A stretch of DNA of 64,000 nt from Parvularia atlantis (taxonomy: Eukaryota). Made by a program: the position numbers and the translations under genes. The stretch covers positions 1-64,000 of the forward strand of contig CALSCO010001386.1 in NCBI GenBank assembly GCA_943704415.1, in the 5' to 3' direction. This document shows, piece by piece, positions 47,416-59,043 of this stretch (within the stretch, counting starts at the first letter, position 1; the number at the start of each line of letters is the position of its first letter). Under the pieces are notes generated by a model. The model worked only from the letters and a program-made list of their open reading frames with translations. It made no database searches and was not told the DNA's origin.

Positions 47416-50049
47416 CTATTCATTGTCGCGCACAGCATGCACAGCCAGCGCTAACTTCTTCGCGGGCGGCTCGCGCCGCTGCAGATGGTACGCGGCCAGC
47501 ACAGCGTCGCTCACGGACGAGGGTGAGTCGACCAGGAGCTCCTGGCCCGTGTGCGTCTTTGGAAAGGCGATCACGTCGCGCAGCGAGCTCGCGCCACACA
47601 GGAGCGTCATGAGGCGGTCGAAGCCTGCAACGCCGCATGTATTCAGCACGCGGTGGGACGGGCGCGCACGGACGCGCAGCGCACCAATCGCCAGCCCGCC
47701 GTGCGGCGGACAGCCCTGGCGCAGCGCGTCCAGCAGGTGGCGGAAGCGTGCCGTCTCGCTCTCTGGCAGCTAGACACGCCGTCAGCAGGCGCGCGCACAG
47801 ACCGTGAGCCCAGGCAGCACACCCGCAGGATGTCGCGGAAGACGGCCTCCTGCAGCGCCGCGTTGTGGATGCGGATGGACCCACCGCCGAGCTCCATGCC
47901 GTTGAGCACGAGGTCGTAGTGCAGGCCACGCACCTGAGCGGTCGCGTCACGACCGGGAGGCATGCGTGGCGCAAGCGAACCGTCGTCGGTGCCGAGAACA
48001 GGCGCGGCAGGTCGTCAGGGTGTGGGGCCGTGAACGGGTGGTGCACGCTCTCGAGGCCCACGCCACCTGCCGCCCCGGCTGTCACGCACACACGCGTACG
48101 CCAAAGCTTGCGTGGCGCACCGGCCTGCGGGTTGACGCCGGGCTCAGATGGGCTCGACGTGAACAGCGGGAAGTCGACCACCCACAGGAACTGCCACGGG
48201 TCCCTGCGCTTCTCGAGAACGCCGGCTGCGTCCATCTCGCCGGCAACGGTCGTGCGCACGGCCCCGGCCGCCGTCGCGCCGGGCTGGCGCAGGGTGTGAG
48301 TGGTGTGACGGCAAGCGCGGAGGCCACACGTTGACGAGCGGCGGCGAGAGCACGACGAGCAGGTCCCGCGTCCCGGCCGGCGCCACACCCCGCAGCGCTT
48401 CAAGGGACGTCGGACTGAGCGGCGGCACGTGTCGCCGCTGCATCTCGCTCAGGCGCAGCGCGGCACCGGCTTGCACGCCCTCGACGCCGACGACCTGTTG
48501 TCAGTCAGCCGACGCGTCAGTCAGCCCGGTCCAGCCGCGACGCCGGTCGCCGCGCCTTGATCGCGCCGTCGCGGAAAGGGCTGTTCTCACCCAGCTGGGT
48601 AAAGTGCTTGCCGACGGCTTTGAGTAGTTGCGCCAGCTGCGGCGTGCCTTGTGTCGCGGCGATGAGACGCGCGGCTGACGGCCCGTCGCGCACCTTGCGT
48701 TGCCGGTATCACCAGCGCCTCGGCCTGCAGCGTGCCACCGGCCGTCCACTCGGGCACGAGCGCGGTCGCGTGCGCGAGCTCGAGGCCGTAGCGCACGTCG
48801 GGCTTGTCGCTCCCGTACTGCCGCCCCGGCCGTCAGTGCGCCCGACGCACCGAGCTGCAGCGCACCTTGGCGATCGCGTCGGCGTACGACATGCGCGGGA
48901 ACGGTCGCTCGATGGTCACGCCCTGCGCCCCCGCGCAGCATGAGCGCGCAGGCACAGCAGGGCGGGCGCGCGCACCTGTGCGTTGTGCCACGCGGCCGTC
49001 ACGAGGTGCTCCACGATCTCGTAGATCTGCTCCGGCCCCGCGAACGACATCTCAAGGTCGATCTGGCGCGTGCGTTTTGTGCAGGCGTAGCACACGCGGC
49101 GGCAGCGGCGCACCTGCGTGAACTCGGGCTGGCGGTCGGCGCGCAGGTTCTCGTCGCGGAAGCACCGCGCAAACTGGTAGTAGCGGTCGACGCCGGCCGA
49201 CATGAGCAGCTGCTTGTACTGCGCCGCCCGCGTGGTCAGCCGCACATCTTTTTTGTGCACACTCGCGCCCGCGTGCCTGCTGCGGGCTCTGCGCGAGCGC
49301 GTAGAACTTGCCCGGGGTGCGCGTGGGCACGATAAACTCGCGCGCGCCCTCGGGCGTGCTCTTGAATAGTACCGGCGTCTCGACCTCGACAAAGCCGAAC
49401 GAGCGCAGCACCTCGCGGACAGCGCGCGCGACCTGCGCGGCCGCGTCAGCCACCCCGTCCTTCTGCACCCGCGCCCACGCCCTGCTCGGCCCACCTCGGA
49501 TCGCATGTGCAGGTTGGTCTGCATCTGCGCGCGGCGCAGGTCGAGGTAGCGGTGGCGCAGGCGCAGCTCCTCGCCGACGGTCTGCGCGCTCGACAGCGGG
49601 AAGGGCAGCTTGTCGGCCGGGTTGAGCACGACGACGTCGTCCACGTGCACCTCCACCGCGCCCGCGCCCGTGCCCTGTGCCGCATCGCCGGGCCGCCGCT
49701 GCACCACGCCCTCGACGCTCACGACCGTCTCGGGCGCGAGCTCGAGCAGGCGCTCGCGCAGCGCCTGCGATTCGGCGCCCTGCAGTAGCAGCTGTGTCGT
49801 GCCGTTGGCGTCGCGCAGCGGGGCGAAGACGAGGCTGTCGCCGACGCGGCTGCGCGCATCCCGGCGTGAGCGGGCATCGCGCGTTTGGCTCGTGTGCGCG
49901 CACCGCGGCCGCTGCAGCCACCCGTTGAGCACGACGCGGCGGCCGACGTCGTCCGCGCCCAGCTGGCCGCACTTGTGCGTGCGCTGCTTGTACGCGGTCG
50001 GGCGCGCGAGGGCGCTGAGGCCGCGGATCGCCGATCGGCGCAGGAGCAT
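47416..50049 (-). CDS. DARS2: Mitochondrial (bacterial-type) aspartyl-tRNA synthetase
   Basis: [92 protein letters not shown]. Confidence 0.96.
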
Positions 50050-50094
50050 TCGCTGCGTTCGTTGTGCACTGGACAAGGGTAGAAACACAGGCGC

Positions 50095-51023
50095 TCACGG
50101 CGACATCTGCTGCTGCAGCTGCAGCTGCCGCTCGAGCTTGTCGAACTCGTTCTTGGTGACGACGTCGACCTCGTCGCGCACCTCCTCCACGCGCTCGACC
50201 TCGGGCACGTAGTGCATGAGCATGCCCTCGATGCCGTTCTTCAGCGTGGCCGCCGACGACGAGCACGACGAGCACGACCCCTGCATCTTGAGCTTGACCA
50301 CACCGTTCTCGAACGAGCGGAACTCGACGTCGCCGCCGTCCTCCTGCACAAACTGCGTAACGCCGCGTTGCCGTCAGCAGCGCATCGGCCGCACGTCGGC
50401 GCGCACCGGCCGGATGCGCTCGTCGAGCACCTCCTTGATGTTGCGCACGACCTCCGGGTCGTCCGACACGATCGAGCTGGCCGACGAAGGCGTCTGACGT
50501 GGCGCGTCAGCAGCGACCGGCAAAGGTACCCGGACGGCGCACCTTGTCGTAGAACAGCGGCTGGCTCGACGAGAAGAAGTCCATGATGGTCGCATAGACG
50601 TCGGGCTTGAGCAGCTGCCACTCGTCGTCGGGCCCTGCCCCGCCCCGCGTCAGCGCCGCGTCCGGTCTGCGCGCGACCCGGCCCGCACCCTTGATGACCG
50701 AGACAAAGTCGCGCCCAAACATGACGCCGCGCACGCCGCTGATCTGGAACAGCTTGCGGGCCAGCGGCGACACGCTCGCCGACTGCGCGTCAGGGAAGTC
50801 CCTTGTCCTGCGCGCGTCCGGCGAAGGGGCGTCAGTGCGGGCAGACCGCAAACGCGGCCGCGCCGCACCCGCCCTCGACCAGCAGCGGCACGCCCGGCTT
50901 GAACTTGAGGCTGTCGGCGTTGGGCGTGGGCTCGGTCTGGATGAACATGGTGCGCACGGGCGCGAGCAGGCGCAGGAGCGGGCGCAGAGGGCCCGCGCGC
51001 GGCGCGAGGCGGCCGATGAGCAT
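50095..51023 (-). CDS. NFU1: Mitochondrial Fe-S carrier NFU1
   Basis: [54 protein letters not shown]. Confidence 0.96.
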
Positions 51024-51105
51024 GGGTCGGACGGGCGAATGGGTGTGGCGGTGGACCGCGTTGCACAGCGGGGTGTACGCAGATCCGGGAGAGAGGCGGC
51101 GCATC

Positions 51106-54100
51106 ATGGCAGCCCTCGCGCTTGGCGCAGCACGGGCGCTCGGCGCGGCGCGGCGCGTGCGGCTGCCGCCCGTCGCGCGGCTCGTGCCGGTCGCGTGGCT
51201 CGGCACGGAGGCCGGTGACGGCAGCAGCGGCGACGACGACAGCGGCGGACGCCCGCGCGCGCGCCGGCGGGCACACGAAGGTGCCGTCTCTTTCCTCGCT
51301 CGCCCGGCCTCACCGCGCGCGCGCACGGCAGGGCGGCTGGCGCGCTTCAAGGACGACAGGCCGCAGCGGTACGGCGGCTCGCGCATGCGGCCGGAGGAGC
51401 ACCCCGACTTCAAGGACCTGGCCCCGCTGCGGCAGGAAGAGCGGGCCCTGTTCGAAGCCATCGTGGAGTACGAGGCCGCGGACGAGGAGCTCGACGGCGT
51501 GCCGCAGCGGGCGTTGCCCGAAGACCCCGAGGGGTCGGATGCGGAGGAAGAAGAGGGCGGCCAGATCAAGATCCAGTCCGGGCAGCGGGACGGCGAGGAC
51601 GGCCTCGACTCGGACGACGACTCCGATGACTTTGAAGACGCACAAGAAGAGAAGAGGCAGCACATCTTCCGTAACGTCAAGCGCTCCCTCAGTCAGCGCG
51701 TACGCCACCTGCTGGACCGCGAGGACCTGGACGCTGAGAGCCTGGCCGAGCGCGAGAGCATGCTGGACGAGATGGCGATCAACGAGCTCGAGGAGGACCG
51801 CGTGAAGGCCGTGCTGCGCAGGAGGGGCAAGCTTGTCTCCGACGACGAGTTCACGGAGACGGACGAGGACGAGGACGAGGACGAGGAGGACGAGGGAGAG
51901 ACCACCGACGAGGAGAACGAGGAGCTGTTTGACCCGATCTCGCACCTGCGCGTGCGGCAGGATGACCTCGACAACCTCGAGGAGATGGAGCTGCTTGGCA
52001 TCGACCCCGACGACGCGCAGGTTGCGGAGAGGCAGACGGGCCGCAAGAGCGAAGCAAGCGGCACATCCACGTCGGACGCCTCAAACGACGAGCGCGAGGA
52101 GGCGGGGGACGAGGGCGACCTGATGTACGACGACGACGAGGACGCGGACGAGGACGAGCTGCTGTTTGAGGATGGCAGCGACAACGAGATCGAGCCCGAG
52201 GACGACCCAACGGTCGAGCAGCGCGACTGGAACGAGTACCCGATCTTCAACACGATGGACAACGACAGCGACAACGACTTCATGTCGAGCTTCACCGTCA
52301 TGGGGACGCCGGCCATCTCGGGCGGCGTGACGATGACGATCGGTCTGAAGGCGCGCGCTGCACCTTGCCCGCATGGGCCGCCCGCGGGGGCCTGACGCTG
52401 TGCGACGCGACGCGGTGCGCGCAGACCAAGGCCGCCGAGGTCTTTCGCGAGATGTCCAAGTACGGCGTCGTGCGCAACATCGAGGTGCGCCGCCACCTGT
52501 GCGCCTGCGCCGTCTGCTCACGCGCGGGGTGCCCTCGCGCCCTTGCGCAGATCCGCAGCGGCAACGTTGACAAGAAGAAGCCGCTGTACCCGGACTTCCG
52601 CTTTGCGCAGGTCACGTTCGAGCACGACGGCTCGACGCAGGAGGTCATCAGTGAGGTCAACGGTGCACCGCGCGGGGGGTGTGCGCGTCTCGGTGGTGGG
52701 CAGCTGACGGAGCGGCCGGCCGCGCGCAGGCAAGCCGCTGTTTGGCCTGGAGAAGGTCATGGTCAAGGAGCTGCCGTACCACAGTAGCCCGAAGATGTGG
52801 CACGAGGTGCTGATGCGCGACGTGCACGAGGCCGTGGACGACTTCCACGAGAGCATCATCGACAACAACTACATCATTCCGCCGAAGCCCGGGGTGCGTG
52901 GTCGGCTGCAGCGCACGCCCGTCGCTGAGCCGCCCGCTCGGCGCAGATCTGGTACCGCACGGACGTGCGCGTGGCGAAGACATTCAGCGCTGAGCAGCAA
53001 GTCGACCTGTACCGCTTTTGTCAGCGCTACCCGCACTACCCACTCGAACTGTGCGTGCGGCCCGTGTGTGGCGGGCGCCGTTTGCGCTCACCGCGCGCGC
53101 GCCAGGCTCGCGTACGTGTACGAGTGCAACGTGCGCTACATCATCGGCGCGGTCCGTCTCGGCGGGCTGCAGGTGCAGCGCGAGATTAAGGTGCGAAGCG
53201 GCCGTGCGCGTGCGTGCGCGCTCACACGGTGGCCGCGGCGTCAGGGCACAATCGCGCCCAAGGATTACGTCGAGCTGATGGAGACTGTCGGCATGATGCA
53301 CTTCTACACGCCCAACGTGAAGCGCGCCGAGGAGGTTGGCCTGGTGCGCCGCCATTGGGCCCACCCTGCGCGCTCGCGGGCCGCTGACTGCCGCGGCGCG
53401 CAGACGCGCATCAACACGGTCGATGAGGCGCGCAAGCCGTTCTTTTACGACGGCCACGCCAGCTCTGACGACGACATCGACCACTTGCTGTTTAGCTTGG
53501 AGGAGATGGACTCGGAGGAGGAGATCGAGGCCGAGCTCAACGCGTTGGGTGCGCGCGCTCTTTTCCCCGACGGGCAAGCGCGCTGATTGCAGCCGTCCGC
53601 GCCAGCCCGCGCGAGCATGGCGAAGCACGCCGAGGGCGTCCGGAGCGGCGACTACGAGGCAGTGGGCCGCAGCATCGAGTACGATATCAAGCCCTTCCAG
53701 ACCGACGACGAGGCGGCCGCAGCGGCCGACGCGCGCACGACCGAGACGGCGACGGCGGACAAGCCGGTAGACAAGCCGGTAGACAAGCCGACGGCGGGCA
53801 AGGCCGCATCGGGCAAGGCCGGGAGACGCGCCGCAAAGCAGCAACAACAACAGCAGCAGCAGCAGCAGCAGCAGCAGGCGCTGGAGGCGAATGACGAGGA
53901 CCTGGAGCAGGACCTGGACGCCGAGCAGGACCCGTTCATCGCCGCCGCACTCGACGACGACCAGATCGAGACGGTCGAGGGTGGCGACTACGAGCAGCCC
54001 GGCGTGATCGGCCTGACGGAGGACCAGGAGCACCTGGACCCGCTGCTCGAGGTGCGGCTCATGCTGCGGCGGCTGGCAGCGTCTCACCGGGTCGCGCAGA

Positions 54101-54559
54101 ACGGGTGGCAGAGACCGAGGCGCGCAAACTACGCCGACTGGGGCCGCGGCATGGACACGATGCTGAAGCACATGCAGCAGGTGCGTGTTGCGCCGCTCGT
54201 GTGCTGTGCAGCTGACGCGGCGCTTGTGCGCGCGCCAGACCGAGGCGCTGCGCGCGCCGGGCCCGGTCGTGTCGGTCGAGAAGGAGCTGGCCGTGCGGTG
54301 CGGAGCGCCGCGGTCGCGTCCCTTGCGCGCGCTGACCGGCGATGCTGCCCGCAGACGCGACTTTGTCTTCACGCACTTCAACAAGAAGACGGGCGACAAG
54401 CAGGTGCGCGTGGCCGAGGCGCGGCGTGGTGGTTGACACGGGCGTTATCAGATCTACGTGCGGCAGAAGGACGGCACGCTGCGCAAGATGACCGACTTCC
54501 AGGTCAAGGTTCAGATGGCGCCGCGGCGCGCACGGCCCTGGCGCCGGATGTTGCAGTGA
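51106..54559 (+). CDS. Large mitochondrial protein: acidic region, RRM, and mS45 (Bot1/GCD1)-like segments
   Basis: Arg/Ala/Leu presequence; D/E-rich stretch; RRM (EVFREMSKYGVV..FAQVTF); FSAEQQVDLY..LELLAYVYECNVRYIIGAVRL; C-terminal FVFTH..IYVRQKDGTLRKM..PRR. Confidence 0.55.
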
Positions 54560-54941
54560 GCGACACGCCGTGCACATATGCGCACGTGTGCTTGTGTCGA
54601 GGTTCGGGTCGGACAGACGGCACCCATAAGCACACGTGCCGGACTGCCTCGGGCGCTCCAGACACGGCGCGCCCAATCGGGTCGGGCGATCAAAAGAAAG
54701 TCTCTCTCGTTTCTGCCACACCGCTCGCTCTGCTCCCCCGTGGCGATGCACCGGCGCTCAATGGGAGAGCAGACCAAGCACCAGGCGCATCAAGGAACTG
54801 GCACGGCCGCCGCGCTCGCGCGGTGAGAGACTGGCCGTGAAAGGTCGACGATGCTCGCCACAGTCCTTTCACGCACAAAACAAGAGAAAAACGACACAAC
54901 GGCACATGCACGGCGCGCACGCCACCCAGACCCGCAGTGGA

Positions 54942-56481
54942 TCAGCGAACGCGGCCTGCACACGACGCGTTTGAGCCGCAGCGACAGCACGCGAAGCACG
55001 CGCAGCACGCGCAGCACGCGACGGGCGCACCGGGGCGCATCGGCTTCTTGAACGTCTTCTTCTCGTCCGCCGGCTTCGGGTGCAGCTCCTCGTAGATGAA
55101 CGACTCGGTCAGCTCGGCCGGGTCGCTCACCTCCGACTGCGAGGCGCGCGCGGTCAGCACGGACGCGGGCGGGCGAGGGCACGAGGCCACGCACGTTCTT
55201 GTCGATCGTCAGGTTGAGCTCGTCCGTGCCGATCTGGATCACGGCCGCCTTGCATGACGAGTAGAGCATGCGCTCCTTGACCTTGGACTTCATCGGGCAG
55301 CTGTAGATGAAGACTGTTGCATGGCGCGCCGAAGCGGGTCAGCCTCTCCACCGCGCGCGCGCGCGCCCGCAGCCGCGTGGCGCACCGATTGAGTCGATCG
55401 TGTTGTCCTCGAACGCGTGGCGGTAGCGGAAGAAGTGGTACCGTGGCTCGTCCAGCGGCGTCAGGCCCGTGATCTCGCCCGCGTCGATGTTGCTGGCGCT
55501 GACCAGGTCGATGACCTCGCCCGTCGCGTTGATTTTCTGCGCGCGGTGCACGCGAGGTGGGGGCGTGAGGGCGGCGTGCAAGCGGGCGGGCAATGCGCGT
55601 TCGCCGCGCACCAGCTGCACGTAGTTGACCGCGCCGCTGACAAAGTCGTTCATCTTCTCCTTGGCCGCGTCGGTCATGGGGAAGAACACGCCGTGCACGT
55701 GCGCCTTCTTTGTCGTCACGCCGACCTCCGAGCCCGACTGGGTGGTGCGCAGGGCGGCCGGCACGTGAGCGCTGCGTGAGGGGGCGTCGAGCGCGAACCT
55801 CCTCCTTGCGCATGCGCGCGATCTCCTCCTCGCGGGCCGTCAGCGGCGCGCTGGCCGTCACCGACGAGCGGTGCTTCTCGTAGCCGTCCCACGAGAAGTC
55901 GCGCTGGGCGGGGCGGCGGGGCGTGTTTGAGCGCGGTGTAGAAAGCGGGGCGCGACGCACCTTGTCCGTGCCGTACAGGTCGTCGACAAAGTGGTTGTCG
56001 CCGAGCGACTTCTTGAGCGTCGAGCGCGTCGAGGCGTAGAGCATCTTGTCGCGGACCTGGTGCGGCGCAGCGCGGCGCGACGTGGCGGGTCAGGCGGGGC
56101 GTGTGCGCTGGTGTTTTGCGTCGCGGGCGGGCGCCGTGCCTTGGCCAGGTCCGGCACGTAGCACAGGAACGCCCAGTCGTAGCCGAGGCCGGTCTTCTTG
56201 TCGAGGCGGTAGGCGATGTAGCACGGCGCCTTGTCCTCGAGCAGCGTCTGGATCCCGCCAAAGTCCTCCTCGAACGAGCCGCCGACGGGCAGCGTCGCCG
56301 CGTGCACGAGCGTCTCTGCGCCGCGCGTGAGCGCCGCGCCCACCACGCCGCGCCCACGCCGCGCCCACGCCGCACCGTTCTCGATCACGATCTTGACCGC
56401 GCGCGTGCCGTCCGACGACACGGCCTGCGCAAACAGGTCCGCGAGCTCGGCCGAGACGTTGATGCCCGACGCGTGCGACAT
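54942..56481 (-). CDS. TWF1: Twinfilin
   Basis: MSHASGI, PCYIAYRLD, VPDLAK|VRDKMLYASTR, PLTAREEE, GVFFP, PRYHFF, ERMLYSSCK, FKKPMRPG. Confidence 0.96.
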
Positions 56482-56506
56482 GCCTGCCTGCGATCCACCG
56501 AAACCG

Positions 56507-57655
56507 ATGGCGGCGACGACGTCGGCCGACGCACTGCCCGCGCCGCTCGCGTTCTGCACGGCCCAGACCGTGCTCGACCACGTCCTCCTCGTCACCATCA
56601 ACCGCCCGGCCAAGCTCAACGCGCTCAGCGCCGAGGCCAGCGCTGAGCTGTCGCGCGTCTGGGACCACTTCGAGGCCAACCCGGAGCTGTGGGTCGCGAT
56701 CGTGACCGGCGCCGGCGAACGCGCGTTCTGCGCCGGCTTCGGTGCGGCGCAGCGATGGGGGCCGGCCGGGCCGCGTCGACTGACATCGCGCCGCCCCCGC
56801 GCGCAGATCTCTCGACCGACCCGAACAAGGTGAGCAAGATGGACACGGGCGGCGCGACCGTGCGCACGGGCTTTGGCGGGCTCGCGCAGCGCGAGACGTG
56901 CTTCAAGCCCATCATTGCCGCGGTCAACGTGCGCGCGCCCCCGAGCGTCCAGTCGCGCTGCTGCTGAGACGTGCACGCGCGTGCGTACGTGCGCAGGGCG
57001 TGGCGCACGGCGGCGGCTTCGAGCTCGCGCTGGCCTGCGACGTGATCCTCGCGTCCGAGCGCGCCTCGTTCGCCCTGCCCGAGCCCAAGCGCGGCCTCGC
57101 GGCGCTCGCGGGCGGGCTCGTGCGGCTGCCACGCGTGATTGGTGTGGCTGCCCTGCTGCTGCTGCTGCTTGCGTGCGTGCGTGCGTGCTTGACGCGGCGT
57201 GCGCCAGGCGTGCACCGCGCGATGGGCATGATCCTCACGGGCAAGACGGCGACGGCCGTGGAGGGCCTGCAGCTGGGCTGGGTCAACGAGGTCGTGCCGC
57301 ACGATGTCAGCTGCCGCGCTTGCGTGCACCGTCGTCTTGCTCATCACCCGCGCAGAAACTGCTCCCGCGCGCGCTCGAGTACGCGCGCATGATCATCGAC
57401 TGCTCGCCCGACTCGATCGCGGCCAGCAAGGCACGCGCGCTGTCGCCGAAGCGGATGGCGGCCAGGGCTGACACGCGCGTGCGCACACCGCAGCGCACGG
57501 TCGCCCTCTCGCTCGAGACGCCCAGTGTGTACCGCGCGATGGACGCGCAGAACAAGCTGCCCGAGGTGCGCGGCATGCTCAAGGGCGACAACATGCGCGA
57601 GGGCCTGGCCGCGTTCATGCAGAAGCGCGCGCCGCGCTGGAAGAGCCGTCTGTAG
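56507..57655 (+). CDS. Enoyl-CoA hydratase/crotonase (CaiD-like), peroxisomal
   Basis: TINRPAKLNAL, AFCAGF|DL, KPIIAAVN|GVAHGGGFELALACD, LPEPKRGL, C-terminal SRL (PTS1). Confidence 0.93.
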
Positions 57656-57681
57656 CGTGCTCGTGAGGGACACAATGACGA

Positions 57682-58996
57682 TCACAGCTCGTCGTGCGTC
57701 GTGCGCAGGCGCGGGCACTCGGCCCAGAGCAGGTATGTGAGCCGCGAGTCAACGATGTCAGGCCCGGGCTGGCGTCGCGCAGCGCAGCGTGAGCAAGCAC
57801 AGCCGCGCACAGCGGCGCGCGCACCTCGGCAAACGTGTCGCCCTCGCGCTCGTTCTCCGGGTTGAAGCGCACGACGCGGCCACGCCCGGCGTTGCCCACG
57901 TAGCCCTTTGGCGCGCGCAGGTCAGCACGGTGCGCGGGGCGTGCGTGTGCGGGAGCGCTCACCCAGCCGTCCGGGCCGAAGACCACGTCGCTCGCGCGCT
58001 CCATGTGGCGCAGCACGACCGAGTCCTCGTACGCCCCAAACTGCGCGCGTGTGCGTCAGCCGTGAGCGTGCGGCACAGGCGGCGCGCACAGCGTTGAAGA
58101 TGAACACGTCGTTACGCGTCTTGCTCGCTGCGTACAGCTTGCCGTTCGGGCCGAACGAGAGGCCGGTCCAGCCGGCCTCGCGCCACTCGCCGTCGCTGTG
58201 CAGCGGCAGCTTTGCAAACTCCTTGACGTCGTCGGGCGTGCCGTCGACGGGCACGCGGAAGATCTGGCGCGCGAGGTCAGGCGTGCGCGGGCGCGCTTGC
58301 GACAAACGACCTTGTCGTGCTCGTACAGGTTGCACGTCGGCTTGCCGTTGACGAGCTCGGACGTGCAGTGGCTCGCGAAGAACACCTCGCCGTTGCGCAC
58401 CGCCACGCCAAAGACCGCCGGCAGCCCCTTGGCGAGCACCTTGACGAGCTGCTCCTGCAGCGCGCACAGAGTTAGCCCTTGCGCCGCCCGGCCGGACACG
58501 CCCGCGCACCGTGCGCAGGTCGTACTTGAGCACGGCGGCGTCTTGCGCCATGCCGCAACCCACGTACAGGTGGTCGCCGTCGATCGCCAGGCCCTCCGGG
58601 AAGCAGCGCTGCAGCTCTGGCCCGGTCTTCATCGGGCCCAGCGCCTTGAGGTAGTCCTTGACGTCGTACTTGGCGACCGTCGGCGGCTGCTTGCGCAGGT
58701 CGCCGTACGAGGCCACGTATAGGACGCGGTCCTTGATCGCCAGGCCCGTCGGAAAGCGGTTCGGGTAGACCTGCGCCGCAGCGGCGCGGCGCTAAGTGTG
58801 CCTGTGCATGCGCTCGCGTCGCTCGGCGTACCTTGCCGTGCGGCACACTCGGCGGCACCGCGCCCGCCTTGACATTGTAGATCATGACCTCGTGCTGCTG
58901 CTGGTGCGACAGGTACAGGCACTTGCCGCCGAGCGCGTCGCCCGGCCGCGCCGCCAGCAGCGCGAGCAGCACGAACGCGAGAAGGTTCGCCGGCAT
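57682..58996 (-). CDS. NHL/SMP-30-like beta-propeller with signal peptide and C-terminal HDEL
   Basis: MPANLLAFVLLALLA; repeats PTGLAI..LYV, PEGLAI..LYV, GLSFGPNGKLY, DVVFGPDG; last exon ends THDEL*. Confidence 0.75.
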
Positions 58997-59043
58997 ACGT
59001 CGCAGCAGTGGGATGCTGACGGTCTCTTTCGTCGAAAAGCAAC

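Noticed and set aside
54560..54941. Telomerase RNA, RNase P RNA or SECIS identity for the hairpin region
   Set aside because: No telomeric template, no recognisable P4 consensus, and neither flanking gene has an in-frame TGA needing recoding
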